A stretch of DNA of 64,000 bases from Phoronis australis. Lineage: Eukaryota; Animalia; Phoronida. The position numbers and the translations under genes are program-made. Location of the stretch: contig NMRA01000151.1 in NCBI GenBank assembly GCA_002633005.1, positions 476,400 through 540,399 of the forward strand, written 5' to 3'. Below are positions 45,958 through 57,800 of this stretch, one piece after another (the first letter of the stretch is position 1; each line of letters opens with the position of its first letter). The notes beneath the pieces are model-generated. The model did not search any database. It saw nothing but the letters and a program-made list of their open reading frames with translations, and had not been told where the DNA came from.

Positions 45958-46078
45958 NCAAAGAACAGTTTCTGATAGGTCTGAAATTGTGGGGCATTAT
46001 ATATACCCCACAATTTTTTGCAACCCCACAGTAAAGGTCTCATATATAAAAATGCCCCGGATCTGTATAGTTCTCTTA

Positions 46079-46122
<44 letters not shown>

Positions 46123-46693
46123 CTACATATTGTCTATTTTTGATTCTAAACTTGGGACATACACTGTACATGTAAAGTACTTGTCAAACTTGAAGTAGCT
46201 ACAGGTACTCCATTAACATAGTCAATGAAAGTGTTAGGCCTCCCTTCCTTGAGGAGTCTGATGTTTTATTTTTTAACAGTTTATGTTAGTATTGCAAACT
46301 ACGATGCTTGCATTGTTTATCTTGGTATATTGAACTTGTTGTATATATATATGCTCATTAAAGACAAACGCATAGTAATATAATGTTTATTTTGAAAACA
46401 TTTTTTTAATCTGGCTTGAACCAGTGACTGGAACTCTATTTATTTGCCCTCCCTTCCTAGATGTCGCTCATTCTATGGAGTGGCACTTAAGTTGCCGCTC
46501 TCTGTTTTACCTTACAGGTACAGCATATTCATTTCCTAAATCAGTTTAATTAAATTTCAGTGCATTCTATTGCTTCCAAAAACTGTGTGTGATGTGCGAA
46601 GTTGTAAAGTGATTACCGTAACTGAATTTTCGATGTCCATTTCTGTTGTAGAGGGATATTTCCCAGACTGCAGCAAAACATATTTCAGTAGTG

Positions 46694-47014
46694 AACAGCT
46701 TATTATTTAAAATGACTTATTCTTATTAAAATGACATAGGCAGAAAATTGAATTTTGGGCCTAAAAAGCGAGGCCCCCTATATTAATATAGGGGGCCTCG
46801 CCGAAAGGCGGCCGAAGAGCGGGGCCCCCTATATTAATATAGGAGNCGCCTTTCGGCGGGGCCCCCTATATTAATATAGGGGGCCCCGCTCTTCGGCCGC
46901 CTTTCGGCGAGGCCCCCTATATTAATATAGGGGGCCTCGCTTTTTAGGCCCAAAATTCAATTTTCTGCCTATGTCATTTTAATAAGAATAAGTCATTTTA
47001 AATAATAAGCTGTT
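46694..47014. repeat. 321-bp perfect foldback with nested internal palindromes
   Basis: 150-bp perfect arms (46694-46843 and 46865-47014) and a 21-nt centre containing an N. AGTG on both flanks. Confidence 0.9.
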
Positions 47015-47703
47015 AGTGGTACTAATTGTCATACATGCAATTTGTCAAAGGCTGTCTGTCTGTCTCAATACAAATAATTTTACTGTTTAGGAATTGAAAC
47101 TCAACAAGGAAAATTGCCATTAAATATTAACAGATTTTTATTTAAAACTATAGTGGCAAGTGCAAACATAATTCTGTACTATGTAATATTGAGAACCGAC
47201 TCCTTAATAAACAAATAAGTCGTACCAAATCTGAGCTATGAACATTCCTTGTATTACAGCTCTCGAACCTTAGGTTAATGCTAGGTTACCAAATGAAATC
47301 TGAAGTTTCCAGAAAAAACGGCTGTTGTACTACTTCCTGTTGTAATTTAAACGTGATGGCAAATGTGCTAAATTAATTAAACAAGCAGAACAGTTGTGAC
47401 TAAAAGGTAATTAATTTACAGTGTGGAAGTGTAAACGCGATCCTTGAAACTAATTTAGAGGGAATTATTGTCTGACTTCGGTATTCGCAGTGGTGACCTA
47501 TCGGTGACGTGGATTTTTTTCCAGGGTTGTCAAACACAATCTGAGGTCGCTAAATCGAGTGCAGTATTACGTTATACAGTAAACTATCAAACAAGTAACT
47601 TCTTGTTAGCAGTCATCAAAAAAGTCTTCCATCATATTGGATCCAGAGCATGCCATAGCTCATGTAATGATTAATGTGTTATTATGTCAAAAGTAAATAC
47701 AAT

Positions 47704-48438
47704 TAACCAGTTCCTAGGTCAATTCAAGCCAGCAAAAGCATGATCTTTTGACTCTCGGTAAACGTTTTTTTACTCTGGGCAGCATCAGCGGGCTGATGTC
47801 CATCACCCTCTTCCACATGTTCGTTAATTATGAGATTATGAAGCACACAACACGCAACAATGACTGCATTTCCTCGGGTTTTTTCATGTCCAGAAACTTC
47901 AGTTTCCTAAATTTTCCTTTCAGACGGCCGAAGCATCGTTCAAAGTCCACTCTCGCGCATTGTGTTTATAATTGAATGACTTCTGTTCTGGTGTTAAGTG
48001 GCCATTGTCCTTAAACGGTACAATGACGAAGCTAGACAAGGGATAGGCAGAGTCCCCCAGTAAGTGGTACTTAGGGGGCAACTCCCCCTGAACTTTCGCC
48101 ATCAACGGTGAATTTTGAAAAACGCATCCATCATGTATCGATCCCGAACACGTAACGGAACCTGTGTGACGTGTTGCACACACCTTGAAGGTGCATAGCT
48201 GGAAAGCCCTCACCCGAAAGTGCCGGACTTAAATTGCGGGTCGCTGTAGCGAGGAACAGTTTCCTCGACGTAATTTTCGATTCTTGTCGTTCCAAGGCCT
48301 TCACGGTTGTTCTCTCGGGCTGCCGATATTAATATTGGCAAAGATTAATTCATCATAGTCATCGCTCACAACGCCATAGGAAAGACTGTTAAGCTCATCG
48401 GCTAAGACGTTCAACACAATCTGCTTCAGAGTCGACAT
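47704..48438 (-). pseudogene. Internally deleted PIF/Harbinger (HARBI1-type) transposase
   Basis: RIENYVEETVPRYSDPQFK, GSIHDG, LLGDSAYPL, PFKDNGHLT..Q.SFN and RCFG.LKGKFRKLK. Confidence 0.9.
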
Positions 48439-48473
48439 ACTGGATCGCACAGTGAGCGCTCACAGCTGTTCAG

Positions 48474-48855
48474 GGCCCGGTCCCCAATCTTTTTACTCAA
48501 AATGGAACTCGAAATTAGGTTTGGCATTTTCTACTCTACTTTTGGGCGAACTCAAGATAAGTTTCTATTATTCTATGCTCGAGTACACAACAACTTACGT
48601 AGATAATTTATTGCCCTTAGTTCACAGTTTTTAAACCCAATATTAAAGCAATAAATTTCGAGTTTTTTCTCGAGTTTGTAGCACGAATATAAGGGTCTTC
48701 AAGGGCAAACTTGAACTAGAATATCCTATGCATAAACTATAATGTATTCGAGCACAGTCTGATAACCAATTATCTTAAGTTCGCACAAAAGGAGCAGAGA
48801 AGTTGCCAAAAATAGTTTCGAGTTCGTTTCGAGTACAAAGATTAGAGGCCGGGCC
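48474..48855. mobile_element. Harbinger-type MITE
   Basis: TIRs GGCCCGGTCCCCAATCTTTTTACTC / GAGTACAAAGATTAGAGGCCGGGCC and 3-bp TSD CAG. Confidence 0.85.
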
Positions 48856-48971
48856 CAGGAGCTACTCCTTGTATTCGCGAGTACACGCTAGCGGGTGCTC
48901 ACTCTGTTGAACCCGCTTCTGCTGGTGCATCAGTTTACACAAATAAAATATGTACAATTTATACGAGTTAA

Positions 48972-49503
48972 GGCGTGGCCTGGAACGCGATAAAGGGAAT
49001 AAATTCCAATGTTTAAAGTGACTCTCTGCCATTGAGACAGAATTTCAACCAACTCAAGCGGTATGTTACGTGTTTGTTCTTAAAGATATTTAACTTCAAA
49101 GGCATTTTGTTTTTGTTTCAAATTTCAAAAAAGTGTTTGTCACCTGCTCGACAGTTCGTTGATTTTTCTCCCACAAGGCAAAGCGTATCTCCTTATTTGG
49201 CATGGCAAGACATAGACGTACCACATTTTCCTTATATAAAATGTGACCTTTTAACTCAAGCGACGTCAAGCAACTGAATGTGAGCGCATGCGCGCATTTA
49301 TCATAAGTGGGAAGGTGATTAAAAAAATTGTGGTAATCACAATTTTTCATTCGTGCATATTTCAAAAATCGTGAATTTTGTGATTTTTCTGGAATTTTCC
49401 TTACATGGGAAAGTGAATTACTTTTTATTGGGTGTTGCGAAATGTTACCTTCGTCAGGATTTGTTCAAATATGTATTGACGAGCTTTCGCGTTCCATGCC
49501 TCT
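48972..49503. mobile_element. ~530-bp Kolobok-type MITE
   Basis: TTAA..GTGGCCTGGAACGCGA ... TCGCGTTCCATGCCTCT|TTAA. The right ~200 bp is homologous to 40810-41026 and 63150-63327. Confidence 0.65.
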
Positions 49504-52065
49504 TTAAACACTACACATACTTTTTTTTCAAAAAAAAAAAACGCAATTCAAATGAATTCCAGAGGGATATGAAACGAGGACAAAGCCATTAAAGATGAAT
49601 TAGGTATTCAAATTACTCTTTACAAAAATGGCTTGTATCTTAGCCCTTGACTCCTATTTTATGAAAAAAAGGATTACAATTTACGATTCTATGCGATAGT
49701 CTAAATTACAACCATTTACGTTTTTATCACAATGTATCCAGGTACATGTAGGTTCTGGTCGGATTAATTAATCACCTCATACAGTTCAGATCCCAATGAT
49801 CCTTAATGTTGTTAGTACAAACAACGTTCCTAATCATGACAATATGTCCAGCAAGTAACACATCAGTGACCAACGGAGGATTAATATATGTTTTGTTTGT
49901 TTCCCATGGCAGTCCTTCATACGTGAATTTACTTGGCTAAAACAGTATCGCAAAAACTTGTTCACAACCTGAACATACTGTGCCATGAAGTCTCATGAAC
50001 TACTGGACCTAAGTTAAATGTTTATTTGCTCACCCACAACTGAAACCTGGATTCTGGCCGAACATCTGGTAAAATGGGCAGCCTTCAGGCTTGCAAAAGC
50101 TAAGGAAACGCATGGTACGAACTCTTTAACGATTTTTCGAGTTCACGGGGTCAAATCTTTTTACAGTTCAACCTTTGTGCCAATTTAAAATTCGTGTCTA
50201 TTATTCTTTGCTCGAATACATAGCCTCATATGTGGAAAACTGTCTAATCCTAGTTTTCTGTTGATGATTCCTGCATCCAGGATTTAAGTTAAAGTCTGAA
50301 CTAGAAACTTTCCCGCTCCAAATCTCGAGTTTGTAGCGCAAATCACGGGACCATCAAGCGCGCACTTAAGACTTGAGAAACTCATAAGCATCATGGCTAA
50401 TAGTTCGAGTATGAACTAGTCTAAGAGATTTTGAGTTTTTTGAAATCTTGTATTTCAGTTTGTAGCTCGAGTCAAGAGGCCATCAAGCACGAACATAGAC
50501 TAGAATAGTTTATGCATAAAGTACAACTTACTAGAACACAGACTAAGTATTTTTATACAGAACTGTACATGTACATTGGACCTTCTACTATAAACAGTTG
50601 TAGAATGTTGCGGCTTACGTCGGGCCATATTCTTGTGTGGAAGGTCACTATGAACATTGTGACCGTAGGTGGATAAAGGATCTTGATATATTAAATGCAA
50701 AGTACTGTCAAATAGGAAAAAACAAAGCCAATCACGCTGAGCATCAATGTAAGTGAACTATATTAAGGACTTAAGAAGTGGTATACTGGAAAGGGTACGC
50801 GCATGCAAGCATTTTGGTTATTCTATTTCATCAAAATTGACCCAACAGTTTCAAAGTAAGAGCCGACCGGCTTTCAAGGTCCATAACAATTACGCAACAG
50901 AACCACTGCTATAGACCCAATTAACGCCGACAGGAGGCGCTTTCCAAAACGAGGCTCTCTAAAATGGCTCTGTTGCTTTATCGGCATACAGTGTAGTTGT
51001 ATTCCGCGTTGCTCGAACGGCGATAGAAAATATACGGACTCTCAACTGTTTGATTTACCGTCCAGTGGCGGATCTACGTTTTCAGTAAGGGGGGGTTAGG
51101 ATTCCCGCAAAGGTCTAATCCGAGGCGCCTGGCGCTGAGCGGGGGCGGAGGTAGGAGGGGGGTAAAACCCCATCCCGTGTAAGACAACTTTTTGTTTTTG
51201 TAGCCAAACAGTGAAATTTCCATGCATCCTGGTATGTTTCTGGCACTTAACATGTCCCTGGAGTTTTTCTTAAGATAATTAAGTATCAGTCCACGGATCC
51301 ACCGACCACTGTGCAGCCAACAAGCGGCAAGGTGGGGGGTCAGCCATTCAGATCCATGTTTAGTCTGATAAATCACATTAGGGATGAGAGAAATTGGGTG
51401 AAGTATGACAGCACAAAGTTTGGTGGTTTAGGAGATACAAGGGAAGTGTTCTGGGGGGCAAAATGAGGCAATTTCTTGATGTGGAATGAGTCATTTTTGA
51501 CCAAATTTCCTACTCCAGTTTCTGCATGCTTCAAACAGAATTGTTTCTGAACAATTTTTTTATCACGCGATAGGTTCATGACCAATGTCAGTAAAAACGG
51601 CACCGACACTGAAATATCGGTTACCATGGTAACACTGGAACTGTTTCCGAGGAGGAACATTTCCTTCTTGTGAAAAACCAGCAGTAAGTTGTACCCTTGT
51701 AACGAAGCTGCCCCCGCGAGAAAACCAAAAATAATAAATGGACATGTAGAAGACTCCATGCCCTTGAAATAAATACAATAAAAACTTTGTCAGCTCTTCA
51801 GGCAGGCTTGGTAATAGGTGTCTGAATTTCACTCTTTTCAGACCGCGTACGTGTATTTGTCATTTTAAACCAGCTACTAGTTGTGCGCCGTTTCTACGCA
51901 TTAATAGGCGTGGTATAAATACAACAATTAAAAGAATTGGTCTGCTTAATTGTTTTTAATTAATTCTAAGGACACTAGCATTTCCCACTAAAATATGAAA
52001 TTATACTAAATTTGTTCCTCCAACTCGTCTGAATACTAAACTGAAGCTAACAATGCGTTAGTTGA

Positions 52066-53200
52066 ATGATGGCTGACCTAAAAAGCGGGTTTGCGAATTT
52101 ATCTATTTATCTGGCACTGCCAGTCGCATCGAATGTGGTATTTCTACTAATTGCGGAGAGAAAGAACTTTGGAAACTCTTGGGAAATGCACAAGGAAAAG
52201 AGCGAGACATTTGAGCACCTTATAAGAGTAAGTGGAGCTGATGTGGAGGTGGAACGTGTCCTCCTGAGAAGTAGTCTGTCTCAGTGTCTGCCTCGGAGAC
52301 AGCTGTGCACCGTATTAGATTCACTTGTCCAAATCATCGTTACAACACTCGAGATATATTGGCGTCACTAAAGACACCGAGTACATCCACTTCCCACTAG
52401 AGGAGAAATCTGATTAGAGGTCTGAAAAATGACCAAAGACGTCAAGTCAAGGTTCAACGTCCTGCTTCGTGTGAGCTCAGGTAGGAATCACTAAACTCCA
52501 GGGTCTGACCCTGAGGAATATTTAGAAGCACGTCATTCGTGCAAAATTACTTATATTGACACACCGTGATTGCTTATAACTTGGGCCTTATTGCTCCATC
52601 ATATCTTATTCAATTGTGTTGATGTTTATGCAACTACATGAAAACAATGGCATAGAAAATAGGTAGTCATCATAACTTTTCATAACAACCACGTGCAACA
52701 TGACTTCTGCCCATGAACTACTTTTAAAGAGTAGGGAGTATGTTATATCTGCCAATGAACTTCTGCGATTATGAAGTTAATTAAACATGCTAAAGCCGTC
52801 AAAAATATTGGTGCCTTCACTTTAGCTTGGTATTCATATTTTCTGAGCCGAAATGGTCACATTAAATTTAATATGTTTAATTTTTTCATTAATACAATTT
52901 TAGGAATCAGGAAAGGCTTATGCTGAAGAAGTGGCTTCTGCTGAAGCTGGAGACCTGCCGATTATTAGTAAAGGTTGGGTATGGAAAAGTTCACAACCAG
53001 CAAGAACAACTAAGTGAGGGGTCTAGAGAGAGGCCGAAAACCCTACTCCCAGAAGATATGTCAAATTGTAGCTTGAGGAACGAGTCGGGGAAAAAGTATT
53101 TGCCAAAAATTACTGGCTTATACCACAACAGGTCCAAAGTAATTTGTTGAGATAGGCCACTCTCAGCAAATGTGGAGAATCTGAGACAGAGGAAGTGGAG
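52066..53200 (+). pseudogene. Decayed spliced N-terminus of another transposase-like gene (Sola-like) nested in the hAT
   Basis: EHL....VEVERVLLRS, TCPNHR, LEIYWR and MTKDVKSRFNVLLRVSS(G), with an intron ctcag|gtagg(52481)...ttttag|(52903). Confidence 0.45.
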
Positions 53201-55574
53201 TATTCATTGAAAGAGGCAATCTGCGATTGTCAAGGATGTAGCATTGTAAAAATTCAAAGGGAGGAAACAGTACAGTGGCTGGACCTGTAAATACTCTGGC
53301 TGATCTGCTAAATCCAGTGGGGGCATTATTGTGTAAGCACAGCTGTGTAGGGAAGTAGGCTTGTGTGTTGTCGCAAGCTTTGTTTGCACCAGAACTGCTT
53401 GTGTGAACAGCACAAATCTAAGATTTACCTAGACTGAATTTTTTTCCAGTCACGGATCATGAACCTGGGCCACATTGTAATGGTACATTGTTTATTTTGT
53501 TTAGCCACTGGATTTTTTGGTCTGACAGGATTTCTCAGTGTGGCCATCACATTTAGATGATTTCTGACAAAGTACTGTTCCTTTTCCTTGAAGATGCGTA
53601 ATTGATCTGAATTTATGTTTCTGCATTTTATTTACCATTATAGATTTTTGTTTGTAAATGGGTATATGTTGCTGAAATTTGAGCACCTGTTGCAGTTAGG
53701 CTGGTTTTGTTAACTTATCTTTCTGCTTGGGTTGTAAACGTGTCCATGAAGTAATAAGTTTTGATTTAGACCATATACCTCTATAAACTTTGCTCAGTTT
53801 GTTCCTTATCCAGATGGGAATTGATTTCTGGAATTGTAGCGAATTAACAGTTTGTTATTCCTTGAGACCATGCTGTCTGTATAAAATCACACACTATTAG
53901 ACTGGTCTCGAGCAATTGCATATTGCCAGATCTTTCAAAGTTCTGAAATTGCTCAAAAGTGACCTGGAAGTAATACCTAATTCATGATGGTAAAATGTCT
54001 AAATCAAAAGTTGTTTTATGTGATTTTAGGCGAGTTTATGTCCACTTCCACTTTTGTTGTAGTACTGAAAAATATTGGCACATTAGCTCTGGTGGCTCCA
54101 TGTTTTTTGGCGAATTGACCATTTTATGGTTCCCATGGGTAATTTTGTTACTGGTCTAGTATGTATGTACAACTGTAATCGTAGGGCAATTGTAATGCAA
54201 ACCATGTTGCAAAAGTATTTTTTCATGACCATTTTATTGTAAAATGTTGCCTAATTGGAATTGACAAGCCAATTTTTCATTTTGTGGTGGTTAGTTTTGA
54301 TAAGAACATTGATGTGGTAAATACAGCTACCTCAAGTTTGTGAAGAAGAGATTTCCAGTGTTGTCAGCAATAGTGTGAAAGCACTTTTTCGCGGTGAGAC
54401 TACATCACTTTAAATGTAATTCCCTGACTTTATGGGCTTTGTGTGTTTGACTCTGTCCTGTAGCAATTGGAGTGTTGAAAAGATCTAGAAGACAATTTTT
54501 TATTGGAGTCATAACATTTGCACTTATGACTGTACAGTTGTCTTTGCATTGTATTACGAAAACATATTTTGTAGTACACAAGTCTCTGGTTGGTATTTTA
54601 TATTTTTTCACAAGGAATATTTTCAACTTAGATGACTTGTCTGTGAGGTAGGCAATTTTCAAATAAGATAATGAATAAAATTGTCAAACATTGTTTTATT
54701 TTTTAGATGTGTGATCTTCCAATAAGTGATTACTTTTAAAAAAACCTGTGCAGAATTTGATTTTTACTCTTCATTTAAAGATAAATAAATCCATAAACCT
54801 GCATTGTCTAGAAATTTTACTCAAACTACATATTACAGGGTTGGGTATTGGAATCTTAATACAACGGAGTCTGAACCCGTACCATGAGCAATACAACACA
54901 ATACACTGATACAAAAATTTGGTGTTTAGGTTCCACGGAAAGGATTCGTGTGCGCGGTAATAGTTACTAAAGTGCGTGGTCATTGTTTGTGGGTATTTTG
55001 GGATTTCTCTTCTGTGGTCATCCACGGGAAACCTGGTCGCAAAGAGAACAATAGATTAGCATCTTCATTGTTCCCGTTGTTATAATAAACATATAATGAC
55101 GAGCACTTATCGTCAACGGTCTGATGTACGCAAGGTTCAATATCCATGCGACCTGTGTTGTTATATCCAACAATGACACAACAAAGGAAAACAATGACAG
55201 GACCGATGGGCGAAATACATGTGACGAGTTGCCACGGACAGGGGTGGAGAATGTATTGTCATTCGAATGTTTTTAGAGAACTGCAAACCCGGTAATTCGT
55301 CAGGAAAATTTCTGCGGTATTTGGTTTAAGTCGTGGGAAAAATTGCGGTCATGCCACCATTAATTTGATATTAAAATGCATTGCATGAACATTTGATCAA
55401 CAGAAAATCTGACTTGAATATGTGTGAAGAAATACCCATGAAGAAATTGCAAGGTATAACAACTGTAAATCAAAATAACCTACATTTGTCGAGTTCATGT
55501 CTAACCCTGTTCACTGTGGAGGACATGATCGGCTTTTCACAAAATGGAGCCATGTGTGGTATTTAGGGGTACTA

Positions 55575-56236
55575 TAGCCCTAAGTGGTAAGTAGTAAAAC
55601 GTTCAAAACTTTCAGGAGGAACTAACTTGTTGCAAAATATCGAAAAACATGAAGAACAATCGGATTTTACGGTGCTCACGCATCGATCTTAGATATATGA
55701 AAATTTCTCATTTTAGTACATTTGAGGTGCCAAAATGTATAACTAATAAACTGGCTGACACAGTTTTTATTTTATGCAATGAAAGTAACATGCTTTGTCA
55801 ACATTTTGGCTAAGTTTCATTCTCCTAGCAGTGGGGGCAGATTTGGTACAGCAGTGTACTCAACACAACCTCAAAATGGCATAACGGGGGGCAGTGTAGT
55901 AAAACTACTGAATGAGGGTGGTAAATCGGAATCGTGTTTCAAGACATCTGTGTAACAGTCTGTAGGCACCACTAAACAATGCCAAGTCAATAATAAATCA
56001 ATAGCTTTCATTCAAGGGAAAATTTAAACAGTTAAAACTGGACAGTTTTTATACCGTGAAAACATGGCTGCGAAGCCGTAAAATGTGTTTGAGCCTATAA
56101 GTTTAGAAAAACGCAATATTTTGAGGAAATATTTTACCGCTGTTTATAGATCCCATAGGACTACCCATGTGCCAAATTTGGTGAAAATCGGTTGATCCCC
56201 ACCTTGCCGCTGGATGGCTGGTGCTCTCGTGGACTA
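55575..56236. mobile_element. Putative Academ-like non-autonomous element nested in the hAT
   Basis: TAGCCC...GGTGCTCTCGTGGACTA, with flanks GTACTA / GTACTT. Confidence 0.35.
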
Positions 56237-57094
56237 GTACTTAAAAACCCTTCTCGATTTCGTGACATGAACTTTGCTCATAAGATTCGTGAAACCATAT
56301 TTGTGCACATCTGGGTATGAGTCACACCACCAGCAAAAATTTTTGTTGGAACATCTGCTTACACACACCTTTTTAGCATACGAAAAAGTGTGGTGTGTAT
56401 ACAGGGGTTTAGACAACTACCAAATATTCAAGAGCATAAGGAGCACCGACGGGGCGTAAAACTTGAATATCAGATGATCGGAACAGCCTCAAGCTGTTTA
56501 AGAACGAAGACCTGTACTGCTAGTCCGGAAATAAACATGTGTTCTGTCTCGTTACGAGAAAAACTGGCAAACGATGGTGCTCTCAGCTCATAGTCTATTA
56601 TTAAAAGCGACAAAAACAATTAAGTAACACTTTATTAAGCTGAATCACGTTGACAACATTTGAAAAACGTCAAATGTATCAGGAAACAAATCATCTGAAA
56701 ACAGTTTCACGAAACCAAAACACTCTGTAGGCCTACATCGTGGTGAAAATATATGCATGAGCAGTTCGCAGAGGGGCCAGATGTGCACTGAGAGTACACA
56801 AAAACTCTGGCCTGGTCCGTCACTAGACCTAGTGCTTATTATCCCTATAAAAATAGTCGATCTGTCGCGGGACCAAACAGTTCAGGCTGAGATAAATAGT
56901 TTTACAAAGCACACTTTGGTAAAAACATCACAAGACTAGTTCGCCGAGGGACCAGAAGTACACTGAAACTCGATATCTACACAAATCAAGCTGGCCTGGT
57001 CCGTCGCGAGACGTCCAAAAATAATTTCTATTTCATTTTCATTGTACACAAGCATAAAAAACGACGTTATTACAAACTGTGTATAATTTTAACT

Positions 57095-57800
57095 TATTAC
57101 CTGGGTGTTTCTCCTATCTTTCTGTTGTCTAGACTGCCGAGGAATCTGTACATCGGATCCAATGGTTTGCTGCTCTTGGAACCATTCTACCCAGACATCT
57201 TCAACGTTTGTTCCCAACGCTTGCACTTCGTCAACTGCTGTGCCAATGAGCTTGTACGCCTCTACATTGCCAGCATCTCGTTTTGCAGCTTAGTTGGCAC
57301 TAAGCCCCCTGAGATAACCAAGTCCATTCAAAAGACTTACAGCATGCGCAACTAAATCCGATCCGCTCATCATGGACTACTTCAAACCTTGACGATGTAT
57401 CCCAGGACCCATTTGCATCTCTTGCAATTTTCGAAATAAACGTCCCAATGTCTGAACGCTTGAAACCCGAAATACTAACATCAAATAAATGGGCATGGGC
57501 GTTTCTTCGGGTGGGCCTTTCTGCGGAAATTCCCAGTATAGAAAACGGCAGTGGTGCTTATTGCAGGTAAAAATACGGTAGGTGTTGAGGTCGGCACTAG
57601 GGCTCCTTAGGCGGCCCGTTGAACATCGCACGATCCGCAAGACTTTGTTGAGAAAATACAGCCTCCCCGCAATTTCTGGTACTGCACACTGTTCGCGAAT
57701 GCGGTCACTTTGTCAATGTGAGTGCCCCCTTGGTCATTCCTTGTATAGCCATAACTTGTTAGAGTGCATCTTCAAACAGACTCGCGACCAGACCACGGCG
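57095..57800 (-). pseudogene. THAP-hAT (THAP12/PRKRIR-like) transposase remnant
   Basis: THAP-like RTVCS...LVPTSTPTVF fused by deletion to LGYLRGLSAN*..DAGNVEAYKLI...VWVEWF...IPRQSRQQKDRRNT, a segment typical of Tip100/PRKRIR-type hATs. Confidence 0.65.

Noticed and set aside
46770-46940. CRISPR-like look of 26-nt palindromic repeats with spacers
   Set aside because: The spacers are mirror copies of each other, the context is eukaryotic, and there are no cas genes.
51560-51850. hAT C-terminal dimerisation domain on - (GLKRVK...EEL)
   Set aside because: The position fits, but the similarity is too weak to assert.
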